A DNA stretch of 64,000 nt, taken from positions 13,578,001 through 13,642,000 of the forward strand of contig CM120646.1 of assembly GCA_051362555.1 (NCBI GenBank), written 5' to 3'. How positions within the stretch are numbered: position 1 is the first letter of the stretch; the number at the start of each line of letters is the position of its first letter. This document shows positions 18,501 to 53,145 of this stretch, piece after piece. A program made the position numbers and the translations under genes. Source of the stretch: Lingula anatina. Its lineage: Eukaryota > Animalia > Brachiopoda. The notes below the pieces were generated by a model. It was not told the origin of the DNA. It was given only the letters and a program-made list of their open reading frames with translations, and ran no database searches.

Positions 18501-18924
18501 TGCTGTTTGTTATACCATGCTGATAACCCAGTAAATATCCCATTATATATGGGTCAATGTGTGTGCAGACATTTCTTTGAAAATGTGTAAAACATGTTTA
18601 TCCAAAGAGAAAACCTTCCATCCACGCTGACAGTTTTTCATGAAGACAAAGTCTTCCAATTATTCATTTAAAATTTATATCACCTTATTAAAGCGGCATT
18701 TGAAAATAATTTGACTGTTTTCTAAAAGACTGAAAATATCACCAACACTGTCATTTTCAGGTTTATAACAAGTTTATTCAATTGTCTGACTTCTTTGCAT
18801 TAATGAAAAAGTGAAGCTAGTGTGGAATGCAAAGCTGCAACTTTATTTATACTGCCCATTATAAAAAGTAATAAATTGATAATATGGAAATTATACACTT
18901 AGCAAACTCACCCTTACCCTCCAT
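15585..18924 (-). CDS. Cobalamin-independent methionine synthase-like protein (single catalytic barrel, MetE C-terminal/'core' type), copy B, 355 aa
   Basis: Minus-strand exons 18924-18912, 18278-18144, 17796-17679, 17478-17264, 16906-16728, 16458-16399, 16167-16086, 15850-15585 (1068 nt, GT-AG, in frame). Intron positions and phases match copy A. Motifs TTVVGSYPKP, IDVITDGETRRENY, QIDEP, HLCCGYP, SIEDAH, APDCGL. Confidence 0.9.
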
Positions 18925-19639
18925 CTTGAGTGACTTTTCACCTCTGAAATGTTCAGGCCTGTCTCCAGCAAAACTGGCGCAACAGACCCAAAGGAAGATA
19001 AGCTTGGGCAGAAAGCCATGTCAGCCATGTTGTCACTTATTTACCATGGGAGATAATGCATAATATTGCACTGATAACCTGACACTCTTCATGTGAAGGG
19101 GAGGAGTGAGAGAAGAGATGATCTTGTGAAAAGCATCAGATTTGGGTACATTTGCAGCCCACGGAGACACACCTGGGGCAAGGAATGAGACAGTTACATT
19201 TCACTTTTTGAGATATGGTAAAACTCTGGAAAATAAGTCAAAAACTCATTAAATACGCATTTTCATAAAACAAACTTAATGTTGTTACTGGTCCACCCCT
19301 TGTAAAATTGAAGAGGCTTCTGTTGACTTTCCATACACCAAATGCAGTTATGCAATTCAAAGATAAATTGAGCAAACACCACTGGTGTCACCAGATAAGT
19401 GATTGACCGACTTGAAGTTTATTACGTATTATTACTACTATTAGGTACACATAAGACCTTAACTGTGCCTTAAAAGCACGCGAACATAGGTATTCAAGCA
19501 ATTTCGTTTGTTGGAAAATGCGTTGAAATTAAAAGCGGAGTGCGCAATGACTGTAGTCATATAGTTGGAGGTACATTTACAAGTAGCATTCATTTTTTTT
19601 TTAAGTCTGGGGCCTGCAAGCTGCATTTTGATCTTAATT

Positions 19640-19966
19640 TTCTTTACGTCATGTCAAAATTTTTAGCTATTGTAAGACGTAATTTTATCTTTTGCTGTGT
19701 GATTCTTGGTTTGAAGTTACTAAATTGCTTACGCATGCAGCATAAGGTTTCAACAAATCATATTTACCGCTTCAAGCTGACTCGCCATGGGCGCAGACAT
19801 CTTGACAACATTATCTGCGCATGCGTCATCGTTGTTCCAATATGGACGTTTGAGGAGGCGGGGAGTCAAAATTTAAAATTAAATACCTTATAACTGAATC
19901 ATCGTATCACGGAATTCTCGGGACTACCTTGAACAGGACATTCAAGCAAATTCAAATTATGTGAGT
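19640..19966 (+). promoter_or_regulatory. CpG-enriched promoter and probable non-coding first exon of the nucleoside-phosphorylase-domain gene
   Basis: Local CpG enrichment in otherwise CpG-poor DNA. NRF1-type TGCGCATGCGT (19816-19826), CRE-like TTACGTCA (19644-19651), YY1-like CCAATATGGAC (19837-19847), and a strong donor GTGAGT at 19961. Assignment to the downstream gene is inferred. Confidence 0.55.
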
Positions 19967-22900
19967 AATTTGTCGTTGTAACGTTTATCTGTCATTACAT
20001 AAAATCTCTAATATTGCTGGGCATGTCTGCAATTTCGCCCTTTTCAATCGATCATCTGCCGTTTTGAAACTGACTTTTTCGAGAGAGAAAGTTGATGACA
20101 GCGGTGATTGCATGCTTACTCACAACACACAGAGTCCTTAAAACGAACAGTTTTTAATTTGGTATTGTAAAATTGCTTTGTGAACACAAGAAGCGAGAAG
20201 ATCATTACCTCACCATAAATTACTGTTCATTTACTAGTAACTGATTTGGAAAATATTTGTAGTGGCTGCTACGATCTACTACTACGGTAGTTCTAGGTAA
20301 TTGTTCATGTTAATCCCAAACAAGATATAGATAAGCATTATTTGTTGGATGAACTTGGGGGTAATATTCCTGCATTTACTAATTTTTGAAGGGAACTCTT
20401 TCAAGCCATTAGATTTCACTAGTAAGTTGTAATTTATAATTAATTTTGAAGAAGTATTGACATTTGGGAAAGATGAAGGGGGACCTCAAATACATGTAAA
20501 AACTAGCATGCTTATGATACCACATAATCCTACTTAAAGTTATGGTCACATTTGGTTTCTATCAGATGCTATCTTGCATATATTTAGAATCTAGTAGGAT
20601 GTAATTAGTCATAAATTACATGCATCATCAATTTCATATACTAAGTAATTGGGCAATAAACCATCATTCAGCTCAGTGTTATTTGGTCATTTCAGTAGAA
20701 AATGCACCTGTTGACTTGGTGTGAATTGTTTACTGCTAGATACTCTTCACATAGTGCACAAGATACGTGACTTGCTTGATGTAATTTCTAATATAATATA
20801 TACACAGCATTAGGTTGTGGACAAGTGGCTAATTGGATCAGGTGGCAAATATCAGTGTATTTGTTGGAAGTGTTGACTAGAAATATTTGCATGTCTTTTC
20901 TGTTTGTCCAATAATTCCCTTTGCTTGAATGCTTTGATGTATTGGCAACATGCATGTAGTCGTGGACAGTCAAGGTGTGATAGAAAGCAAATGTGTGTGT
21001 GTATGTGTGTGTGTGTGTGTGTTCATGCTTGCATGCTTGTGTGAAAGAGAGAGAGTGAAACTGGGCAAGTATTGGAGAAATTGATCTTGGCAAATTTGAT
21101 AAGGAAAGTGCAATTTCCTTGAAAGGGGATTTCCTGTATTAAAACAACATTACAAAGTTTTTAACTAGTAAATTGAAAAGAAAAATTAGGGTAAAGTTCA
21201 CTATTGGGGTTACAGATATTACACACGTAAAGCATCATGTTTCAGTACTCATTTATTATTTGTTTATTTATTTATTATGTAAATTTTTTTACTTATCGGA
21301 TATTTTTTATTGGTTAAGAGAATAGTTTGTCAGAGTATGACTTTTAACATGTAGAAATAGACTATTACAGTCTTTGCAACTCATGCGTCAGCATGTAGTG
21401 GCAAAAATACAGTTTGACAGGTAAATCATGCACACTAAACTACAGGAACATTGATGAATTCAGCAATTAATACTATGTGATGCCCATCCTTAGGCCAGCT
21501 CCATATATCCAGGACATAATCACTTGAGTTAAATTACATTGTTTAATGAGAGTCAGTGATGTCTAATTGCCTAATGACACACCAGGGATGCTCCCCACCC
21601 TAGGGCTATGAGCACTGTGTCTTCTTTTATACCGTGGACAGTCTCTGTGGAGATCTCCTTGAGTGTAGGCTGTCCACTGGGATATGAGCAGTTGCTTGGG
21701 ATTAACATGATTACCAGGAGGGAGGGATTAGAACTAAATGATATTGTACTGTTATATTGTACTTAAGGTATACAAATTGGAATATTTGCAGGAATATGAA
21801 CAGTGGGGAAAAGAAGATAGAGGTCTTTTCTGTGGTTTGAATGGGATTTTTTCATTTAAGACAATCTTGTTTTGTAAATTATTATTATTATTATCTTGCC
21901 ATTTTATATATGAGACAAAGATGTAGATTTTATTATAGTTAAGTATTCTTCCTCTTTTTTTCTTATCTTTTGTTAAAAAAAATTTATGTGAAATTATGTG
22001 TAAAGAATTATGTAAATTGCTGAAGAAAGAGTGAAAGGCTAAGACCTGAGAGCCATACTTTATGTCATTCCATGAGCAGCAGATGGTCCGAGTAGAATAT
22101 TGATAGGAATTTCCATTAAGATAACAATACACAGAACTTATAACAGTTTTCCAGATCGTGATATATTCCTTTTTGTACTGAAGGCAGTTCAGAAACTCTT
22201 GAATGGACATTCATAAATGTGGCAGTACACCTTTACTCATATGCATGATTTGATACAAATTTGAGGAAAAACTAAAATATTTATACTTAGTGGGAGAATG
22301 AGCATCTTGTTGAACACCCAGTCCTTGTACCCTGAAGGGCCAACTAATAGCCCTGATATGAATAAGCAATGGCAAGGCAATATTTACTGTACAAGCAGAC
22401 CTGTGCCAAGGGTTTAGAATTCCTATTCTAACATATGGTAATGTTACATAGAGGTCCCTGACTAATGGAACTTTTATGGATTGATGGGGTGAAAATATTG
22501 GAGTTTCCATTATGAATTGACATGAATGGTGTTATGTTTATTAGAGGAAAACTGGCTGTATGTCATTAATGAAATAGTTAAGTTGACAGATTTTTTTTTT
22601 TTTTTCGGGCCCTTTTTCCTCACTCCCCTCTCTTTCTGTGTGACAGTGTGTGTATGTGAAGGGATTTTGATCACTTGTATAGTTAAATTACATGCAGATT
22701 TTCCTTTTGATATGAAATATGCCTTTTATTGAATCACGTGTAACTGTATTAGAAGTATCGAAAGCAGTGAAATATATATTATTGAGTATGTTCTATTGTT
22801 TAACTGATAGTGAAAATATCTAGGAAGTTAGACGACAAAAAAGGCATTATCGTAAGTTACCTTGTATATTAAGAAGTGAACAATACTGACTAAGCAACTT

Positions 22901-25301
22901 ACCCTTTGTATAGCTGGCAACGTGATGCTGTTTTCATTTCCATAAAAAAAAGTTAGGAAATATGTATACTAGTACTGGCTTTATTTATATATAAAAGGCA
23001 TTTGCCAATGACACAGATATACCAGTAACTAGTCATGTGACTATTAGTTCAAAGAAGGGAGTTGGTAAACAAGGTTATCAGAAGTTTTAAAAATGAAACC
23101 AAAAAGTAGATAAAACTAGCAATGGTGCATAGGACGGGCATTGGGATCTCAACAACTTTTTAATGTATTTTTTCAGAATTTCAAGTTTTTGGAATTAAAT
23201 TGAGACGTTCAGAATTATCTAAATTGTACTTTCATGAAAAGTGCAAATTCCTTGTTCCCGTGAAGAAACTGTCTGGTATCAGAAAGAGCAAAAAAAGAAA
23301 AAGGATCAACATTTTCATATTGGAGTGACTCGTCCTCCAGTCCTTTTGCAGCAAGATGAACAAAAACTTCACCCGCATTGTATTTTCCCAACTAATACTT
23401 CTCTGATGTGATTGTTTGGCAAAAGAGTTGTGTCTACACTGAGGCATTCAACAGTTTGTTACCAAACAATAGATGTGTGTTTAGCAGCTCTGACTCAACA
23501 CAAACTCCCAGACCACATCTTTAGTTACAGGGGATGTTCTTTAATGAGAACCTTAATCGATGGAGTAGCGGCGTACCTGTGTAAGGTGATGCAACATTGT
23601 GCAGGGGTTAAGCTGGACTAATTGAGCAGGAGATAGACAGGGGAAGTTTGTGTGTGTGTTTATAAGAATAGATTTGTGGCAAATTGGAGATAATAGGCTG
23701 AGGCAGCTCTTTGGGGTCTTCTGGTGCAGGTAAGCAAGTTGGATGGTTTGGCGAGTAAAGAAAGAGGGGAGGAGTGCAACTGGGAGGAGATACAGTATAG
23801 TGTAAGGCAAGTGATTGGTGTATATTTTACAATATAATTCAGTGTGTGTGTGTGTGTTTGAGTGGTTGCGTGCATGTGAGAGAGAGAAAGAGAGAGATTG
23901 TTAGTCGGTCCATAGTTTGCTTATGATCTGTCAAGCCAAGATGGACATAATATGACATTAATGATTATGACTAAGTATTATACAGATCCTAGCTGTTACT
24001 ATGGTGTCACAAACAGAGAATGGAAGAGAGTGTTGTCACATGCTGCCCAACTCGCTTTAGATGTTGATCATATGATCATATTGTATGTATTTTAGTTTTT
24101 AAAAAGTATGACATTTGGATTTTATGCTGAAAGCTGCAGAATGTCATAATGATAAAATGTTACCTGGTTATAAGACTCACTGTATGCTACTAGTACATAC
24201 ATTGACAGACAATACTAATATGGTCACACTCTCTGAAGCCCAGTGTCTATTTAATTTTTTTCATTTAAAAGTAGTTTATATAGGTCATATGCAACTAGGT
24301 AGAGCAAACTTGGGGAAGGGGGGGTATCCTTATTAGTATGGTTGGGTGACAGTGGCTTTTTATCTAGCTGTCATCTTGTTGATTTGCCTGACTTTGATAA
24401 GTTTTATCATATAATAGATTATGAGCATTTTTTAGGCTTAAATAACATGTTGAGTGCATATGGCAAGCAAAATAGCCCCATTGGGGTTTAAGGAAAAAAA
24501 AAACAGCTAAATGCAACTCAGGATATGCCTGTATTGCTTCAAGGGCGATTCATATTGACAGGCAAATTGGCTGTTGACATGGGAAAACAGTTAAAACTGT
24601 CAGGGTCTTGAGGCTTGTTAGATTTAAGACTACTGGTACATGGTTGGGGGATTTGTTTTTGGAACACTGTAAATTTTGGATTTTTTTACTCTATATTAAT
24701 AATAAGATGTTTCTGAGAAAAGTTTGTGCTGATAAATCTTAATGGATTCATCCTCCATCTTACCCATGTTTTTATTTAATGGTTAGTATGTTTAAAACTG
24801 TAACTGTTGCAGTACTAAAGATAGGTTTTCCTAATTGTTATTTGAGTCTCATAAAAGACATTTATTGTTCGAAATAGCTCGGTTATGCCAGGATCAGTTT
24901 ATGTTAACTGTTACTGAATTGGAAGATAGGAGTCGTGAGCTGACCGTGCCTGAGCGTTTGTTTTTTGGTTTTAACATATATCTATTTAAAGTAACTGAAT
25001 AAACTGATAATTACCATGGCATAAGGTGGGTTCTGCAAAAAACGCTATTTTAAAGATGGAAAACCAAGATATTGTGAACATAAAAAACATATTTTTTGCA
25101 TGACAGACTTGCTTATATCTCTCCTCCCCCATCCCCCTTCATCGATACTGCTGCAGTAGGTACTACCACACTACTCGTCTTTCATGAACATTGTAGCTCT
25201 GTTTCCAGCTTAATTTCAATATGCATGAGTATGGAGCTCCTTGCACAGCTGTAGTGATTCACTCCAGACACTCAGAGTAATTACAGTAGCTCTCAATATT
25301 A

Positions 25302-25550
25302 GACCCCATTTCCATTGACACTATCAGTCTTCATGGATCAACTCAACTCTGTGGAGAGTCTAGCTGACTGCAGTCGGCTTAACAGAATGTCCTCCTGGCA
25401 TTAAGTAGAATACAGAAAAACTGGTGATAATATGAGTCATTGGAAACAAGAGGAGACTTGTCATGCAGTTAACATGATTGCAGTCAGGGAGAGTCCCCTC
25501 CAGAGTTGAGTCGATCTATGTAGACTGATGATGTTTGTGGGAATGGGGTC
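25302..25550. mobile_element. Palindromic MITE with TTA TSD (PIF/Harbinger-like)
   Basis: TTA at 25299-25301 and 25551-25553. TIRs GACCCCATTTCCA / TGGGAATGGGGTC. Inner arms ATCAGTCTTCATGGATCAACTCAACTCTG / CAGAGTTGAGTCGATCTATGTAGACTGAT. Confidence 0.8.
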
Positions 25551-28500
25551 TTAGATAACATGGCCAGTCAGCTGTGCATTCTGATGTGCTATTGCTTACA
25601 CTTTGTCGTATTAGCCACGGATTATGATCTCATTTAGATCACACAGTCAATATCACAAGTCATCAATTCTCCTTCACACCAGAACAACCACTTTACCTTG
25701 TAGATATTACCTCTTTTATGGATGAGAAATATATCTTCGTTGCAAATTATAATCGTTAGGTCAAAAAGAATGTGCTAGATCCATTTAAGGTAATCGTTAT
25801 TTTAAGCATTTAGCTAGAAGTTTTTGGAACCCAGGAGTAATTCATATCACCATATTTTGCATGAGAAATGCACAAGCTGACCTGTGAAATTAGCTAGTAT
25901 TAGACAGGTTTTAAAAATCCCAGTGGGATATGAATTCCTATCCCTAGAATATATTAGGGCAGTCCTTGGTATTATTGTGGTTCTACATAGGATTTTTGTG
26001 TTGGCAAAATCTACCTGGCAATGACACCCCAATGCCGAGTTCCATGCCCTAAACAGAAACCTCAGACAGTATAGTTATTCATAACCAAAGTTAATTGATC
26101 TGCAGATTAACAGATCTGTGGAGCAAATGGGGCCAACCCACTCGAAATGTTGCCATGTTGTCAACGCGAGGAATGTAGTCAGTGTCTCTTGGGGGATTAT
26201 GCGGCAAGCTTTCAAGTGGGTCAACCATAATTGATCCACAGTTCTGTTAGTCCATGGATCAACTTCTTTTGAATGCCTGTAGTAGGCAACTAGGAGGTCT
26301 TGACTCAGTGTCTGGATACTAGTATGTAGGGACCCAGGCTTCATACAGGCCAATAATCTTTAACAGAACTATGACCACCTTAATAAGGTGCCTGGTGATG
26401 AATTTTCCTATGGCATATTGTAGCACGGCTTTGCCAATCAATATTGAATGTATGGTAATTATTTTCAATGAGACATACTGAATCTGATTATATGGAACTG
26501 AGTTGTTTTAGAGAGAAAGGGAGGGGGGCAGTTTAGTAAGCTCACTTTTGGATATACTAGTTACCATAATTTCTTTTAGTCAAGTTACTGGCTAGTATTA
26601 AAAAGATTTCTATGATAGATAAGTTCAGTGAGAAATTTGTCTGTAAATATTTTTATGTTTCCATTGTCTTCCCCAAATGAGAATGACTATTAAGAGTAAG
26701 TCCAGTTACTGAGTTAGTGGCTGAGACTTGATGTTTTCTACACTTCTGGGACTTAAGTTGAAGTTTTTTTGCTTGTTTATCCCTCCATGGCATTGCAACC
26801 TTTCCACTTTTGAAGGTTAACCCAGTAATTAAGTAATAATTGAAGAAGCAGACCCACTAGACACTTACGTTCAGCTTGATTTTTCTCTTTGAGTGTTATA
26901 TCTTTGTCAGATCATCATTCAATATTTTATGTTTTGAAATTTAAAAAAAAAAAATACAAATAGAGCTCCTACTGGCTATTATAGTAAACTGAAGATATTT
27001 TTTGAAAAAGCTAGAAAATCTCCTTTAACGTCCCCCCCCCCCCCCCCCCCCCCCCCCCCGCCGGGGTCGGTGGGAAATGCACAGGCAGGCACGTACTGTA
27101 CAATATGCTTATATATAGTATGTGCACATACAAACACGCAACACAAATGTTACATCTACTGTACATACCTGAATTTAATGTCTGAAATATATGAAAAGAT
27201 CTTGTAGCAATTCTGCTACGGAGATAGCCATAGTGACCACCTGTATTATCTCACACACACACACACACACACGCCACTTCCCTTGCCCCAATCCTCCCTC
27301 TCCTGTTCAAACCTATAATTTATCAGCAGTTCTATACATGCTAGCAGTATGTCATTTGACCCTAGTCTACCCCTATGTTATTGTTGTCAGCAACAGTGAA
27401 TAACTGGACATGGGATATGTAGCTCTCACACCTGTGTCAGGACAATCAACTCAGTAGTGTTTAAGTGTCATTGACAGTTCTTGAATCACATGTTCTCAGA
27501 AAATTGTCTACTAGTAGAATCTGCCCTGCACAGCCAGGTCTATTAGTCAATATATTAGGATCAGAACAGAGGTGACAGCATGAAGTATTGTTGAAGAAGA
27601 AGTGCCATGCCTTTTGAAACATTAAAATGTTTTAAAAATTATTTATAAGAGGACTGTAGGCTTGCAGCTTGATTCAGTGTGAATAAAAAAAAATGATTGA
27701 AAGCATGGTCTATGCAGTAAGCGTTAATGTATGAAAGGTGTGCTTGGTATTTTATCATTTCACCTGTGTTGTAATCAATTAGGTGTCTGGCAATGCTTCA
27801 TGGGTGTGTAGTTTGAGAGTTCTGGAGGAAAAACACAACAATTTTCAAAGGCGCTGTGGTGTCTGGTTGTTGTAATTCTAGTTCTTAAACTAAAAAATGG
27901 TGATGGTCTGGGAATTCCGCAAGCTGGAGAATGCAGCCATCACTGATCAGTGATGACAAGGGGTTTTCCCAGGATTTGGGGTGCAGGGAGCCCAAATTAT
28001 AAATCTGTAATTTGGTCATTGGTTTACAAGGAGTTGAACCCAAGCCAGCCCAACCAACCAACATAAGAATTTTTTAAGCCTTTTAGCCATCTTTTGAGGG
28101 TGATGGGTCTATTGGTGGCACAGTCTCCTGCCAAATATTTAAAAACCCACTTGCCCTTTGGGCTCCAGTGGTTAACAATATACTGGCCCAGCTCAATGGC
28201 AATGCCCAGAGGCAGTAAGTGAATGAATTTATAAAATATCACTGTCCTGGTTATAGTTCTACTTTCATATGACATGTGGCCATGTGTTAATTTTTAGAAT
28301 GGATAAATCTACCTTTTTTTTCCAATTCTTCAATGTGGGGGTTGTTAATAGGAAATGAATTGTTTGTAAGTCTTGGATGAGGTAATTTCTTTTCTCATGT
28401 GGTGAGATTATTATTGGACGTACTTCTCGAAATTCCGCTATTTGGTATAAGTTGAAGTCTACATGGAAATTATGTGGTTGGGTATTATCGGATTTACTTC

Positions 28501-29290
28501 TCAGAATTCTAAGAGTAGTTGGTATAAGTAGAGGTCATATGGGTGGTTTACCTAACTAAGATCACAACTGATTACTAGTAAGGTTTCACATCTTCTAGGC
28601 AGGGAATGTGGTAAGAAATTGTGGTTGTGATGTGATTAAGGTGAAATTGAGAAGGTTTTTTTTTTTAAAGTAACTAATGAGTTATTTTATTTGGCAGTAC
28701 TTACAAGTGGGCTCCCTGTCAGTCAGAATTTTCTTTGACCAAGTATCTGTGTAGTTTTCGCTAATTGATTATTTTAAACTAGAATAGTCATAAATTTGAC
28801 AATTATAATTTTCATATTTTATTGAGGAAAAATAAGGATAGGTTTTGAAATGGGCAGAATTTTCCTAAAGGCTTGGGTGAACCTAGATCTATCTTTTTAT
28901 CAAATTATTTGACTGACATGCCAGGGTAATGCCTAATGGCCCACTGAACTATTCTAAGTCCACTGAGGGACGTCCCCGTAGTTATTACACAGCCTGATAT
29001 AGAATCAGGGTAATTTTCTCCTGAAAAATTACTCGTAAAATGTTCGCACTATCGACAGAACTCTAGAAAGAAATCAATACGTTTCTGGGTTCAGTCTGCT
29101 TCCAGTCGAAATCATTCTCCAATCATTTCCACTTGCTGTGACAGCCACAGACAATCTATTTAGACAATTAATGGCTATCTTTGCTTATCTTTGCAGTTTT
29201 GTGGAAACTGAAGCAGCAGGGAGGAATACGAGAGTGACAGGATCAAGGTGAAGGTCATTGCTCCAGGCTGGTTGAAACTGAAAGGACAAT

Positions 29291-50484
<21,194 letters not shown>

Positions 50485-52940
50485 ATTGCATGCGTCACAC
50501 CCAACACAATTTGCTGGTCACATCTAACACACTGCCAAAGGTGCCGCCATAGAACTCCAGAAGAGAAGGCAGAGTATTTGTGGTATTGCTTGAATAGTAA
50601 AAATGTGCAGTGTGGTGCTTTGAATGCATTAGTTGTGACACTGACTGTCTTCTACACCACAGTGCAGTGACAATTTTTCCCCAATTTGAAGGAACACAAT
50701 TTACATGATTACAATGGCGTTATTCTTATCAAGTACATTCAGGAGTAGCGTCTTTTAGGAAATTATTGCTGTCATTATTTAACTTGCTATTTCTAACCCA
50801 CAAATGAGAGTCGAATTATTACAGTGTGCTTATGAATACACGCTTTTGTATGCTTTCTGATTTGTTTTTGTTTTGTTCTAGTCAAGCTATTATTGTGCTA
50901 TTCCTGTGCTATCAGTAGACTCATGCTTATGGTTTGCTACAGTTATTAGATATGTTGCTTGTGAAAATATATTTAAATAAAAGCAGCAGCTTTTTTATAC
51001 AAATCTTAAAGAAAGAGAGAATTGCAAGTAACATAAAAAACGCATTTAACCAGTGCCATCTACAGGCATTTTACTCAACTGACCTGTTTTATTTCCAGTA
51101 TGTAATTAAGAAGTCTTACCTTAAGTAACCTTGTGAAATACTTATACAGAATTAGTGCTGCACACTCCTAGGAATTTTTTTTTGTTTTTTGTTTTTTTCT
51201 GAATCCTGTAAAATGCACCCTTTTATTATACAGTGCACATGCCAATTAACTATACTGACTACATACACATTGGTGTCATACTTCACCTTTTATTGACCAG
51301 ACTTGTTATATGTATATGTATATGTATTGTTATTCAGCAAATGACTGTGCTCAATTGGCCCATTATGCTTGTGATATGCCATATAAATATGTAAAATGTC
51401 CTGAGCATGTAGTCTGCTTGGTAAAATGCTTATCTTATAAAACGTTCATTACAATTTGAATGAATAGTCGTTTCTGTAGTAGCTGATCCAAAAATGCCTC
51501 CGATTTGTTCGAATTTTTTTTCTTTTTTCTTTATTGTTTATTTATTTGATTTATTTGATATTTGAAATTGCAGTATCATTGAACTACCGCCCACAGTGAC
51601 GAGGTAATGTTGTTGAACATTACAGCATCTGTATATGGTTATACCAATACTTAGTTATACCAATAATATCTTCACTGTCCAGTATTCATGCCTATACGTA
51701 ATGAGGTGTATCTTGCTGGAAAGGAGAGTGTTTTGCAATGTGGCATTTGGCACAACATTTCCACTACTGTTATCTCATTATTATTATTTTTGTTATTATC
51801 AGCATTTATTGTTTGGTTGTTTACTTATTTATTCATTTATTTAAACATTAGCACTTGCTAAATTTTTTTGACAGCCTACCATTAAATAAATGTAGTATGT
51901 GTATAGATTTGCTTATAATATGTATGTAATATGTACCAAGGATACCTCACTGCCAAATAGGTAAGCCATAAGAGGGGAAGTAAGATATCGTAGTAGTAGT
52001 AGTAGAAGTAGTGTTGAAATGCATATTTGGTAAGAGAAGGGGTTAGAAGAAAGTGTTGACCATTTTGAGGACCTTTCACAAAGTAGTCATATCACGTTCT
52101 GTATACTATACTGCCGTAGACCCCTGTTTCTGTCATCTTGAGGGGTTAAATATTATATCAGTTCCTCTTTACCTTCTCGAGTCTTAATAACTGATGTCAC
52201 ACAGAAAATTGGAGAGGGCTTGTAGTCTTTACAACCACTGATGTTTATAGTGAACTTGTTTGTGCTTGAATGAAAACGCATCACACAGTTGTTTGTACTG
52301 TTGCTCTGTATTATATTGCTCTTTTAAATTTGCTGAAGTTCGTCTTTTTCTCTGGGGTGGGGTGTAAGAAGTATTAGTAAGCGATTTTCTTTGTTTACTT
52401 ATTTTGGTAGATAGAATAAGACAAAAATGCCTAAAAGACTTCAGCAAATTCATTTTCCTCTCTGATTATGTGTTACGTTACTTGTTGATACTTGTGAACA
52501 CGCCTCGTTACTGAAATATTGAAGCTTGTCTGTATATACTTGTGATGATTTTCATTGTGATCCAGAATTAAAAGACTATTCTTGACAAACACATGCTGTT
52601 AATTGTTTTGAATATTTAGCTCAATTTTAAAAGAAGAGATAAAAAATCTGAGATTTCTAACCATGATATCACCACAATATTAATCGTGTGGCCGACAACC
52701 CAATGGACAGTTGTTTTCTTTGACCTGGTGTGTTTTAGTGCCCACCCCCCGCCCCCCAAAAAATATATTCATAGGTAGATCAATTAGACACACGTAGACG
52801 GATCCAACCTTCCCACACATGCGCGTGCGCACACGCCTTGCATGCGCCTACACGCGAACAATCCCTCCTAAAAGGGGGTAAAGACTCGGTGAGGATCAGG
52901 CACGTGTGAATTGCAGATTATGTTTAAATCAAAAGAATAA

Positions 52941-53145
52941 GACGGTTCCTACAGATATTAAGATCGATCTATCCCTCTGGGGAGTCTCACTAGATTGCTG
53001 TCAGCCTGACCGGCCTAAATGTCTGTCCCGCCTCCTAAAAGCTGTAATGGGGTAATTAACTTTAGTGCGCGCTCGGCTCTCGGAAGCTGACAGCAATTTA
53101 GCGTGAACCCCAGATGGATCGATCTAAATCTGTGGGAACCCAGTC
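52941..53145. mobile_element. Palindromic MITE, same family as 991-1891
   Basis: TIRs GACGGTTCCTACAGAT / ATCTGTGGGAACCCAGTC. Inner arms AGATCGATCTATC...ATTGCTGTCAGC / GCTGACAGCAAT...GATGGATCGATCT. Internal ATGTCTGTCCCGCCT is shared in inverted orientation with 1787-1801. Confidence 0.72.

Noticed and set aside
9675-18924. Bacterial contamination or a pseudogenised duplicate
   Set aside because: Both copies have seven GT-AG introns at matching positions, intact frames and animal flanking genes.
20000-29000. Many short ORFs (60-150 aa) in the large first intron
   Set aside because: Low-complexity or AT-rich translations with no recognisable domains and no coherent splice or phase structure.
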